This document shows positions 24,462 through 36,300 of a DNA stretch of 37,977 nt, in pieces. Position 1 is the first letter of the stretch; each line of letters opens with the position of its first letter. A model generated the notes under the pieces. That model worked only from the letters and a program-made list of their open reading frames with translations, made no database searches and had not been told where the DNA came from. This stretch comes from Saprolegnia diclina VS20 (lineage: Eukaryota). A program made the position numbers and the translations under genes. The DNA is taken from contig NW_008246087.1 in assembly GCF_000281045.1 (NCBI RefSeq), positions 216,535 through 254,511 on the forward strand, read 5' to 3'.

Positions 24462-24973
24462 CTAGTGCTTGCCTCTGTTCGACGGCGGGTCGTTGTTGTC
24501 CTTGTGGTGATGGTGGTGATGGCGATCGGGGCTACCTGCTGCGTCGTCTTGCTTGAGAAGCAGCTGCTTGTGCTTGCGGTACTGACGCAGTCGCTTAGCA
24601 TGCTCTTCTCGTAATTTCATTTTCGCTTGGATCACCGCCACGCTCGTGGCATGCAGCGCACTCGCTCGCTCCAGCGCTGCGCTCTCGGCGTCGTTCTCGC
24701 GCAAAATTTGCTCGTACTGCTCGAGCGAAATCTAGCCAAGCGAATCATCTTGGATACATACGCTACACTATCCATTGCGACTACCTCGAGCGGTTTGGCG
24801 AGCTCGGTTTGCACGACCCGGCGAACCCACTTGGACGCATCTTTGGACTCGGTTGCGTTCAGAAGCGTGTCCCGGTCGACGAGCTGCTTGGTGTGCTTGA
24901 GCGCCCCCTGGATCTGGCTCTCGTTGCAGACCTTGCGCCACTGCAGATGGGCCAAGCGCTCCTCAAGGTTCAT
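24462..24973 (-). CDS. Small hypothetical coiled-coil protein with a His6 tract; two exons (intron 24732-24784)
   Basis: MNLEERLAHLQWRK...ELAKPLE splices in frame via gtagtc...ctag to ISLEQYEQILREN...RHHHHHHKDNN. Codon usage looks coding. Confidence 0.7.
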
Positions 24974-25096
24974 CGCACCTAAAAATACGCACACTATTGT
25001 CGTGCCATCGCTGCGTTACATAATGCTTTTGAAAGAAAGCGAGCGGAAGGTGTTAAATAACATCCATCGAAGGCGCAGTGGACTTTCGATTTGCCC

Positions 25097-27506
25097 ATGG
25101 CTGGTGAAGATCCGAGTCCGCTCGAAGCGGCGTTCGCGGCCGCGGCCGCCGACAAGGCCCGCGCCGACAAGTTTGACATGACGCCGGACGAGCAGCAGAG
25201 CTTCGTCAAGGCGATGAAGGACCCGGAGTTCCGGTCGCTCCTCAACGAGTACATGCTCGAGATCTCGGACCCGACGCACCGCGCCGAGCAGGAGGCGTAC
25301 CTGCGCCAGCTCGAGAACGACAACAAGGTCCCAACCGACAAGCAGCTCGTGCTGCCGACGCCGGGTTTTGTGCTCAAGACCAAGCTCGAGGCGCGCAAGC
25401 TCTTTGTCAATATCTGCTCGTCCGACAAGATTCAGCCGCCGTCGAGCACCAAGGTCGCGCCGTCGCCACAGGTCGCCGCTGGCACGTCCTGGAACCTCCC
25501 ATACTGCGTGGGCCCGCAGCGCATGGAGCACGACAAAGGTACGCTTCCATGTAGCGGAATACGGCAATAACGATGGCGAGGCAGGTGGCAAGGCGGTCAT
25601 GACCTTTGACGTGTGCTACCATCCGCAGACGCTGGCGCGCGGCCGTGACAGCCCCGCGTTCCTCAAGATGCTCATCGGTACGGCGTTGGATGGCGTCGAC
25701 CTTGCGCTCTCCAAGACGAACCCAAACGACGGCCATGTCTCTCGCGGTACGCACGTCCTACCCGTCAACGTCCCTAAGCTCATAGTTGCGTAGACTATCA
25801 CATCTTGAAGGGCGTGCAGTACAAGACGGGATCCCCGATTACAATGTGCATCTCGACGCCCAAGGCTCCCACCGAGAGGTACTTCGATTCCGATATGAGA
25901 GCGGTCGTACTTACGCTGTCAACTGTGTTTCTAGTGCACCGAGTACGAGCGCTGCCAAGTTGAATAGCCCAGCAGCAGCGCCTCGGGCCAAGGCGCCTAC
26001 GACGACGAGTGCGAAGGCCAACACCAAGCCCGACACAAAGCCGTCATCGACCAAGCCGACCACTCCACCGTCTCCGACACCGGCAACGACCGAGACCAAG
26101 CCAGCAATTGTTGCTGCCAAGTACGCTATTACAACTCATAGCATCTCAAAACATCATCTGAAACTCAACGCGTCTAGACCCGCAATTGTGTTTCAGATTG
26201 TCCAGCGCGGGCAATTTGACATGGCCGACCACATGGAAAACGGCGAGAAGAAGCTCTTCCGGCCGCGCGAACTCGTGCTCAAAATGGACCTCCCGACCCA
26301 CGTACGCTGTCCTCTCGCCTTGTGCAATAGTCCAACTCATGAAATGCCGCTATCATGGTAGACGTCAGCGGCAGGCATCGATCTGGACGTCTCGGCCACC
26401 CAAGTCAAGGTCGAGTCCACGGCGTATGCGCCGCTCTGCATCGATCTACCTTTTCCGGTCGTGGAAGCCAAGGGCGTCGCCAAGTTTGACAAGGCGACTA
26501 AGAAGCTCATCGTGACGCTACCGGTCATTCCCGAGGCTCCTCGGCCGCCGACATTGTACCTCCTTCTACATGTCGCTCGCTTTCGACATCATTTATCCTG
26601 TAGGACGCCACGCGTAGAAGAGACGTGCGAGGAAGCGACTGCTGACGACGTCAATTCCGACACTCAAACAGCCAAGACGGTCCAATACGACGCTGTCGAA
26701 GCTACGACTACCGTCGCAGCAACCGTCTCGCCCTCGCCTGGCATCGAGGCAGCGACGCCAAAGCTTCCGCCCACGGATGAATTTGCCATGTACCGTGAAT
26801 TCGCGGCCATGGCGCTCCACGACAAGCCTCGGTTAGCGACAACCTTGACGCTTTTGATGCATTCTTACAGCAATCGCGTAGGATTACATACAAGACACCC
26901 AGAGTCACAGCGCAAGAGACCGAGTCGCATGTCTCGTACATTGTGCACGTATGCGGTATCGAAGCGGCGACCGTCTCGATCGTTGAAGAAGCCAACGTCG
27001 CGCGCCTTCACTTCCGTGCGGCCGACGGTCTTTGGTTTGAATGGTCCTTTTCGGTCGCCAATACTGCCGAGTGGACGCATGACATTGCGACGACCAACAT
27101 GGCCATCATGTGCACCAAGTTCGGCGCGCTTCGCGTTCGCACGCCGCCGTTCCGGACGTCGACAAGTGACCACGGCGCGTCGATTTCTCTGCTCGTGGAC
27201 GTGGCGTCGGTCGATCCATTGAGCGTCGAGACAGAGTTTACGCCGTCGCGCATGACGCTTCGATTCCGCACGCTGCGTGAGGCGCAGTCGTACTGCTTGA
27301 TCCAAGACTTTGACGACGCGCCGCTCGAGCCTGGACAGTGCAGCGTCGCGTCGGTGGCCGACGACAACATGCTTGTCGTCCTGCGTGTTGGCAAGGCAGA
27401 GACACCTGGCCACGCCTCGGAAGCAGTGGTGGCAACGATGGCGCCATCGACCAAGGACGCGCTCATTAGTCGCTTCACCAACGACGTCATGTACGAGCTC
27501 GACTAG
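25097..27506 (+). CDS. DNAAF2: Kintoun/PF13 dynein axonemal assembly factor 2 (PIH1 plus CS domains), multi-exon
   Basis: Kintoun-type N-terminus FVKAMKDPEFRSLLNEYMLEISDPTHRAEQEAYLRQLE. PIH1 segments PTPGFVLKT, KLFVNIC, WNLPYCVG and FDVCYHP. CS-like segments RPRELVLKMDLP and AKFDKATKKLIVTLPV. Ends MYELD*. Confidence 0.88.
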
Positions 27507-27935
27507 GAGTTGTATATTTTGTACATTATCATCAACACAATTGCTTGTCCTGGATGTGGTGCATTGCTCTGGATCACCTCAAACCGGTCGAGGAGCCTGT
27601 GTGTACTTGGTCGAAGGAACGTGTGATTGAAGCGCGTACTGTCCCACGTGAAGCCGACATCTCGGCCCGAACGAGCATTGGTGAACGAGCAAGATACTGT
27701 GCTGAAGCCAGAGGAGAGGCGTGTGTCGGTGGCTTCTGCGGATCTGCGAGTGCTTGTGCCTCATCAATGGGTCAGTCCAGAATCTGGTCCAGCGAGCGGC
27801 GAAGAATATTTGTGTCTAAACATGGCACCTCCAGATGCAATGATTAGACACAATTTGCCTGATGACCACTACCAGATGGTGGCGTCCCACCCACGTGGCA
27901 GCGTCCCAGCTTCGATTTTCAATTCCCATTTCGCC

Positions 27936-29402
27936 ATGACGACCACACATCCCGCTTACGTCCGCACGCTCGACAACCTCATCGACAACGAGCGCGTCAC
28001 GCCGACAGTGACGGCCTTTGCCGAAGCCGCCTTGTTTCCGTCGACCCAAGACGCGGCGACCGGCGCCATCTTGACGCCGCTTGTCGCCACCGCAGCCTCC
28101 GACGTTGATGCCGCGCTCGCCGCCGCGGACGCCCTGTACACGTCCGGCGCCTGGAGTCGCCTCCTATGTAGTCCCGAGCGCGACGTCGTGTTTGAGCGCT
28201 TTGCCAGCGAGCTCGAGACGCGCCACGAAGACATTCGGGTCGCCGAAATGATCGATGTCGGCGACCGCAACGCCATCTCCAACTACGGCCCGAGCGTCCT
28301 GCGGGATCCTTCGCAGCTGCGCAGCCCGAGCCTCAAAGATGAAGCGAAGAACGTCGATGTATGGACACCGCTCGCGTCTGGCAAAGGCGCACTCAAAGCC
28401 GTTCCGCTGGGTCCTATCGTCGTCCTCGCGCCTACGAACGCACCCCTCGGGTCGTCGTTGATTCAAATTCTCTCGGCCATCTACTTTGGCTGTCCGGTGC
28501 TCGTCAAGCCGTCGCCGTACAGTCCGCACGCGTTCAACGTCTTTCTCGACGCAGTCCTCGCGGCCGACTTGCCCCGCGGGCTGATTCAGATCGTCCACGG
28601 CGGTGCGGCCGTCGCGACGCAGCTCATTGCGTCACCGCTCACGAAAGGCGTGTGCTTTACAGGCTCGACCCGCGTCGGGCTTGCGATCGCAGCGCTCTGT
28701 GCGCCGACGCTCAAGCCATATGCGCTCGAGCTTGGCGGCGTCAATCCCTTTGTGGTGCTGCCCGGCGCTGACGTGGACGCTGCGGTGGCTGGTCTTCTCA
28801 AGACCTTTTCGTGCATCAACGGCCAGTACTGCTGCGGCGCCTCGAACGTCCTCGTCCACGCCAGTCTCCGCGACGCGTTTGTGGAAGCGTTTGTACGCCA
28901 AGCATCGACGTTCGCGATCGGCGACCCGCGCGACGAGACCAACACGATGGGCGCGCTCAACATGTGCATCGCAACGACCCTCCGCGCCACCGTGGCCAAG
29001 TTGCTGGAGCTCCCAGAGACGGTCGCAATTGCAGCGAGAGCCGTCAAGCTGCCCGAGACCGGCTACTACATGGCGCCAATGCTCCTCGAAGGCGTCGACT
29101 CGAGTGTCCAGGCCGAGCTTTTTGGCCCCGTCGCACTCCTGCGCACGTTCCAGACAATTTCCGATGTGATTGCGGAAGCGAACGCGGCGCCCGCGCGCCT
29201 CAAGACGTACGTCTACGGAAAGGACGGCGACGAAACCATGGAGCGCTTCATTGATGCGATCGAGTGCGGCTGGATCGACGTCAACGAGTCGGAATTTGAA
29301 AACGCGGCCACCTTTGACTTCTCGCCGCTCTCGGGGTTTGGCCATGCCGACGGTGCCTTCTTCACGCGCCGCGTCTTGCGCAGCGCGCAGCCTCGTGTCT
29401 AG
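27936..29402 (+). CDS. Aldehyde dehydrogenase family protein, intronless, about 488 aa
   Basis: Motifs PTNAP, VLVKPSP, FTGSTRVG, LELGGVNP (catalytic Glu), NGQYC (catalytic Cys) and ELFGPV. The ATG at 27936 was chosen because GC-rich coding composition starts there. Confidence 0.88.
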   Translation: MTTTHPAYVRTLDNLIDNERVTPTVTAFAEAALFPSTQDAATGAILTPLVATAASDVDAALAAADALYTSGAWSRLLCSPERDVVFERFASELETRHEDIRVAEMIDVGDRNAISNYGPSVLRDPSQLRSPSLKDEAKNVDVWTPLASGKGALKAVPLGPIVVLAPTNAPLGSSLIQILSAIYFGCPVLVKPSPYSPHAFNVFLDAVLAADLPRGLIQIVHGGAAVATQLIASPLTKGVCFTGSTRVGLAIAALCAPTLKPYALELGGVNPFVVLPGADVDAAVAGLLKTFSCINGQYCCGASNVLVHASLRDAFVEAFVRQASTFAIGDPRDETNTMGALNMCIATTLRATVAKLLELPETVAIAARAVKLPETGYYMAPMLLEGVDSSVQAELFGPVALLRTFQTISDVIAEANAAPARLKTYVYGKDGDETMERFIDAIECGWIDVNESEFENAATFDFSPLSGFGHADGAFFTRRVLRSAQPRV

Positions 29403-29697
29403 AGTCAAGGTATAAATTGAGAAATTTTCAACGAAAGCTTTCTTTGTCATGGCACCAAAGTACAGTACGAGCGAGTACCATGATACAAAGCAACTCGTGC
29501 CAGAACTGGGCTTGGCGTGAGGAGGCCAGTGGTCGTGGCAGGCAAGCGATTTCGGGCGACTGGAAGCGCCTGTTTGCGCTGGTGACGCCGAGGACGAGTG
29601 GACATTCGAATTTGCCTTTCTACACGGAAATAGTGTGTGTTGGAATCTTTCGCAAAAGATCGCAGTGCACAGACGACCGTTGGCGACGACGACGACG

Positions 29698-32330
29698 ATG
29701 CTGCCGTCGTTCAAGCTGCACATGCAGCAAGCGATTTTGGCGCGCTTGGCCAAAGTCGGCAAGTTTGATGGGACGCACCCGTCGCTGACCTGCGCGACGA
29801 GCTCGGGCAAGGTCTTCCTCCACAGTCCACACGAGCCCAACGAGACCGAGTCGGCGCCAAGTGTTCGGTTCCTCAACATCAATCGGCAAATTTCGGCGTT
29901 GAGCGTCGGCAAGTTCAAGGACAATGACGACGGCGACACGCTCATCGTGGGCACACAGGCCAACATACTCGGCTACAACGTCGAGAAAAACTCGGACACG
30001 TTCTACAAGGACGTGCCAGATGGCGTCAACACCATGCTGTTTGGCTCGCTTCCGACGATCCCATCGCGCATGGTCATCGTCGGCGGCAACTGCTCGATCC
30101 AGGTATAAAATCTTCTCCGAATCATTGTCTATAACGAGTGTGGCGCTAGGGCTTTGACAAGGAGGGCACGGAGCTTTTCTGGACGGTCACAGGCGACAAC
30201 GTGACAGCGATGACGATCTGCGACGTCTCGGGCAGTGGCAAGGACGAGCTTGTCGTTGGGTCGGACGACTTTGAGATTCGCGCGTTCCATCAAGAAGACG
30301 TTGTCTGCGAGTGCCACGAGTCGAGTCGCATCGTCGACTTGTGCGCGATCGACAAACACCTCTTTGGGTATGCCCTTGAGAACGGTACTGTCGGCGTCTA
30401 CAAGGGCAAGCACCGCGTCTGGCGCGTCAAGAGCAAGAACGTTCCGACGTCCATCAACGCCTTTGACATCAACGGCGACGGCGACAAGGAGGTATTCCGT
30501 TTCGAATGTTGTCTTGTCGTGACGCCACGTGTGTAGATTGTGATTGGCTGGAGCAACGGCCGCTTTGAAGCGCGCAACCTCACGAACGGCGAAGTCGTGT
30601 ACCGCGATACGTTTGCAGCGCCGATTGCGGCCGTCTTGACCGCCGATTATTGCACGCGTGGCCAAGAAGAAGTGCTGTGTTGCGCCCAGGACGGCGAGGT
30701 ACAAATAGTGTTACTATAGCATGCACTTTCGATCGATGGTAGATCCGCGGGTACCTCTTTGCAGGTGGCATGGGGGCCAACGCCGTCGCGGCCAGCGCGC
30801 TCATGCCCGACCACGTCTCGGCCGAAGAAAAGGAAGTCCAGGAACTCATCAAATCCAAAGCCAATTTGGCCGCGGAGCTCAAGGCGTTTGAGAACGCTGT
30901 CGCCAAGACGACAAAGAGCACGAACGCACGCCTCGCCCCCGCGACGCGGTGAGTATTGCGATGCAACTTTAAGCTCAGAATGGCCAGTAGCATCACGATC
31001 AAGGCATCGGCGTCCATGGCGAGCGCGAGCATCGAGCTGGCGGTCTCGACCGACACGGAAAATGTCATCAAGGTAGATCGAGTGCATTTCTATGCATTGG
31101 TCGCTGGAAATAATGCATAGATGGTCGTGGTGTACGACTATGATGCTGGTATCTTTGATGGCGAGTCGCTCGTGCTGCGGCCAGCGACGCCGAGTCCGAC
31201 GGCCACGGTGCAGATTCGGTCGGTCCAAAAGACAGCTGCGGCCAAATTGCACTTTAAAGTGCTGGTACGTTTTCAGTCTACAAACGACATGACAGTATTG
31301 TCATCGTTAGGTGGGCACGCGTGGCAATGCGTCTGTCTTCCATGTGTTTGAAGAGCACTTTCAGCTGCCCAAGTTTGGCGTGTTTTCGCTGCTCAAGCCG
31401 CCGCCCAAGGACCGCCCGCTCGGCGTCGTTAGGTTTCGCACGCTCTCCAAGATGCAACAACAAGTGACGTTGACCAATGTACTATTGCATCGTTATAGAC
31501 AACCTGTATAGTTTGGCGCGTGGGTCAAGTCGGCTTTCCTGCTCTCGGACCCGATCGAAGAGAGCCCCAACCACGACTTGTACTTTCGTCACATTGGCGG
31601 CAAGATGGACCTCGCGATTGTTGTCACCCCCAACGACGTACAATCTGTCTATTGGGTGCAACCTTGTCCGTATTTCGCGTAGACGTTTCTCCATATCGAC
31701 GACATGGCCATGGCAGCCGAGATTGTCCAAGACCTCTGCTCGTACCTCCAGGTTTGCCGCCACTTTCGACTCGACGAGTAAGGATCGCGAGTAGATTGAA
31801 GAGCTGGCGTCGATTGCAGACTTTCCCAAGCAAATGGCCGAGTTTCGAGACCTCCTTGTGCGGGTAAAGAGCTCCTGTTTGTCTCTTTCCCGACAGCATT
31901 TGTTCGTCTAGGTCGATGACTGCAACAGCATCCGGCTCAAGCTCACGGGCGAAATGGCCGACGACTCGAACCAAATCAAGAACCTCGTCATCCGCGCCGA
32001 AGACGCGCGTCTCCTCAACGACATGTACTTGACAAACCAAGACGATGTGATTTAGTGGTTTCGGCGATTAGGGGTCGCATGCGCAGCTACTACGCCGAGC
32101 TCTTTACCCTAAACAACCAGCTCCTCGGCGAATATACAAAGCGCAGCACCAACCATCAAGCGCTCTTGGATGCACTCAAGGAGGTCAACAACATGATCCA
32201 GCTCGCTGCGCGGCTTCGCGTCGGCCAGGCCAAGTCGAGCGTCGTCGTCGCTTGCCGAAAGGCCATCAAGGCCAACAACATCCACGCGCTCTTTTACATC
32301 GTCAAGACGGGCATGGAAGAGACGCGCTAA
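29698..32330 (+). CDS. BBS2: Bardet-Biedl syndrome 2 protein (BBSome subunit), multi-exon
   Basis: Segments VGKFDGTHPSLTCATSSGKVFLHSPH, FYKDVPDGVN, IVGGNCSIQGFD, FWTVTGDNV, ELVVGSDDFEIR, VIRAEDARLLNDM and NHQALLDALKEVNNMIQLAARLRVG. Confidence 0.95.
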
Positions 32331-32371
32331 GCATGCGTTCTTGTATAATCATTCTTGCATATACAAGTTGT

Positions 32372-32960
32372 CTATTTGCTCTGGCCCTTGGCCTCGTCGT
32401 CCGCCTGTGTCTTGGCGTCGGACGTGTCTTTGGCGCTGGCTTTAGTATCGGCACTTTTCGCATCGTCCTTGGCATCGGCTTGAAATTTGCGCTTGCCCTT
32501 CGTCTCGGTCGCCGCCCGCTTGCGCATAAACTTCATCAAGTTGAAGAAGGCTTGGTAGTCCATGGATGCGAGGACAATGTCGAGGTACTGACTCGCCTTG
32601 GGGTCCGCCTTGACCGCCTACGCGCCGCTGAACGCCTCATAGACTTGACAGGTGACAACGAACCGCCCGACAGCGCTTGCCAAAGTCTGCCTCGGTGATG
32701 TTGTGCGCCTCGTAGAACCCTGGCATGAATGAGGTTTCATGCATCGGTCAAGGAAGCGTCGTACGCTGCATGTGGTCTTCGAAGAGCGTCTGGAACTTGT
32801 GAAAGATGGCCGTGTACTCGAGCCTGTGCTCCTCTTCGTCGGAAAACGTGAGCGCGTGCGAGAGGAAAAAATCCTCGAACGCCGCTTGGAACTCGGCGCT
32901 CGCAATGAACACCATGAGCTCGCGGATCATGTCGTCCTGGATGCTACCGACGTCCATCAT
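32372..32960 (-). CDS. BART-domain protein (ARL2BP/CFAP36-like), multi-exon
   Basis: FQAAFEDFFLSHALTFSDEEEHRLEYTAIFHKFQTLFE and the C-terminal DYQAFFNLM match the BART-domain pattern. Confidence 0.8.
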
Positions 32961-33362
32961 GGTGCCACTCGGTGTCTTTGAGAAACCCGTCGTTTCCGAA
33001 AACAAACGCCAAACCGTTAATTAATCCATTAATGGCCGTTGACCGACGGCAACCACCAAGCTTCGAGACCGCCGACAGGCAATTGGAGCAATCAACTTTG
33101 AGCAAGAGGACAAGATATTAACATGTTGACGTGTTTACAGCGAGCAAGCACCTTCAGACCACGTATCTAGTATCGAGGGACCTTCATTGACCCAGTTTAC
33201 GGGCTTAGGTTATTCGGGTGGCTCCGATCCCATTCAAATGAATACAAACTCGATGTAGCCGTCAAGGCCAGAGCTTTGCATCTCTACCCTTTGCGCTAAT
33301 GAAAAGTGAAGCGTCGATCGAAACAATATTGAGACTTTAATTCAGCTGAGTTACGAGTCTTT

Positions 33363-36300
33363 TTACATCTGGAGGTGCGCCTGCTCGGCGAGCTTGGCAA
33401 ACGACCCGTCCGGAATCGCCAGCAGCGCCGTCGGCGTGTCGTACTCGACCACACGACCCGCATCGAGCACCAGAATCAGGTCCGAGTCGATGATCGTATC
33501 GAGCCGATGGGCGATGATGAGCATCGTGATACCGACAAAGCACTCCTTGATGGTCGCCTGGATGCGCTTGTCCGACTCGAGGTCGATGTTGGCCGTCGCT
33601 TCATCGAGGACGACCACCTTGCTCTTCCGGAGCAAAGCGCGCGCAATGCAGAGCAGCTGGCGCTGGCCCACGGAAAAGTTGCTGCCGCGCTCGGCCACCT
33701 CGTCGTCCAGCGACGCAATGCCGTCACCCAAGTGCACTTGCTTGAGGACCGTCCAGAGCTCGTCGTCGGATGCCGAACCCGACGGATCCAAGTTGAAGCG
33801 CAACGAGCCAGAGAAGAGCACTGGGTCTTGCGGGATGATCGTGAGCCGCGACCGGAGCGTCGTCACCGACACGTTGGCGATGTTGACGTCATCGATGACA
33901 ATCGACCCGGTGGCGCTCGGCACCATGCGAAAGAGCGCGGCCATGAGCGAGCTCTTACCGGAGCCGGTGCGACCGCAGATGCCGACCTTGGCGCCCGACG
34001 GCACCGAGAACGACACTTGGTTGAGGACGAGGTCGAGGTGTTCGCGGTACCGCATCGAGTAGTCGCCAAAGGTGATGACACCCTGCGCCGGCCACGACGC
34101 GTCGACAGTGGCGTGATCCACGGTCGTATCATCTTCACTAGGCAAGGCCTCGTAGGCGCTGAGGCGCTCGACCGACGTCATGAGATTCTCGACGGTGTTC
34201 ATCATCTTGGACATGTTGGACAAGAAGCCCGAGAGCTGCGACGCATACGTAAGCGTGAGCCCGGCGGCAGCAATACCGATCGAGGCTTTGGTCAAAATGC
34301 AGATGAAGGCGACGCCGGCGATGATACCCGAGCTGAGCCAGTCGAGACGCATCTGGAACCAGCGGGCCGAGCACTGAAACAAGAACGAGAAGCTTACGTA
34401 GTGGTCAATCGCTGCTCGCTGCTTCGTTAGGAAGCTCTCGGTCATGTTGAACGCGCGGATGGTCGAGAGACCGCTGAGCGTCTCTGAGACCAAGGTCACG
34501 ACCGGTGTGCGGCTGATGCTCTCGAGCCGCTTGAGCTCGCCCGACGTCTTGTTGTAGTACTGCTGCACCTTGTAAAAGAGGAAGGCGAGCGGCGCGTAGA
34601 CCACGAGAATCCACGGCGTCGAGATGACGCACACGATGAGGACCGCCACGATCTGGAAGAGAAACTGCAGAAGCAACAGACCAAAGTACGGCAGCTGCGA
34701 GTCGGTTTGGTCCAAGTCGCTCGAGAACCGGTTGAGGATACGACCCATGGGCGTCACGTCAAAGAAGGTCGGGACGGGCGCGCCAATGACCTTGTGCAGC
34801 AGCATCGCATGGAGCGACTGCGAGCACTTGATTGCAACCATGAGCACGTACAGAGATCGACCGTAGACGAGGAAGACCGAGACAACCGCGCACCCGAGGT
34901 AGATGTACCCGGACGAGAGTTTGGTCATCATGGTGGTGTGGTTGGACCAATAGCTCATGAACCAGTCGGTCATGGCCAGCGCCGTCTGCGAGACCGTAAA
35001 GAACGTGATGATGGACGCTGCAACGACCGCCCTGCAGGATATACAGTTAGCCTTCCCGAGGGCTAGTCCATGAAGAGACAGTACCCGTTGTAGCCACTCG
35101 AGCCAAAATATGTCTTGTACGTCTTGGCCGAGACGGCACCCTTGGCGCGATCTTCCTTGTCCATGAGCCCGCCGCCCTTTTTCGGGCTAATCGGCTTGGC
35201 AGTCTTCTTGGCGTCATCCGTGCTATCGACCTTGTCGGCATCTGCGTCTTCCGTGGACGAGCCCGATTCGGTGAAGTTCATCAGATGCGGGAACGTCGAC
35301 TTGAGCGACTCGTACGTGCCGTCGCCGACGATCGACCCGTTGTCCATGAGCAGCACACGATCGGCGAGCGGCAGAAAATGGTAATGGCTGTTGAGCACCA
35401 GAACCGTCGTCTTGCCCCCAAGGAGGCCGCGAATGCACTCGTGAAAGACCGCAGTTGCCACGTGCACGTCGAGGGCGCTGAGCGGGTCGTCGAGGAGGTA
35501 GATGTCGGCCTTGCGGTGGTACACGCCGCGGGCAAGGCTCACGCGCGCCTTTTGGCCGCCGCTCAAGTTGATACCGCGCTCGCCAATCTCGGTCGCGTCA
35601 CCGTCCGGTAGCATCGCAAGGTCCGGCTCGAGCTGGCATGCAGAAAGCACCGCGTTGTAGTAGTCGTCGTCGCAGACGGAGTGGAAGAGAATGTTCTTCT
35701 TGAGCGTCGCGTGCTGGATCCAGGCTTCTTGGTTGACGTACGAGATGTTGCCGACAACGTGGCGGACACCACCGACTTGGTGGATCTCGCCGAGGATCGC
35801 GCTCACGAGACTCGACTTGCCACTGCCGACGGGGCCGACCACGATCGTGAGGCTCCCGGGCGTCAGCGAAAACGTCAGGTTCTGCAGCGTGAGCGGCGGC
35901 GCCTCCGAGACCGTCGCTGGCGCGGCCCAGCTGAACGCAGCGTCTGTCATCTCGACTGTCGACGGGCCTTGTTGAATCGCGAGACCTAGCGCACATTGAG
36001 CTACAGCACACAAAAGGAGAGAAGCGCGTACTCGAGGTCGCGACCTCGTCGGACGACAAGTACTTGCTGATGCGCTGGCACGACGCGACCATCTCGGATG
36101 TCATCATGACGGCGGTGGAAAAGACCGTGCACGGGAACCGCGCAATGTTCATGTAGGCAAGCGCCGTGAACGCGACAGGCGACGTGAGCTCATTGCCAAG
36201 AGCGACGTAGACCATGAGGCAGATTGCGAGCGAGATGACGGGCGCAATGTACAACACGACCGTGTTGAACACCCGCCGTGTCTGGTACGCCTTGAGCAGC

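Noticed and set aside
24503..24520. His6 as a cloning-tag contaminant
   Set aside because: It uses mixed CAC/CAT codons inside a native exon and there is no vector sequence nearby.
27627..27935. N-terminal extension of the 591-aa ALDH ORF
   Set aside because: It starts at TTG, has non-coding-like composition and no ALDH similarity; ATG 27936 gives a typical ALDH length.
33006..33362. ncRNA or tRNA in the BART-ABCC spacer
   Set aside because: No cloverleaf, box motifs or convincing stem seen; an Infernal or tRNAscan run would be needed to exclude one fully.
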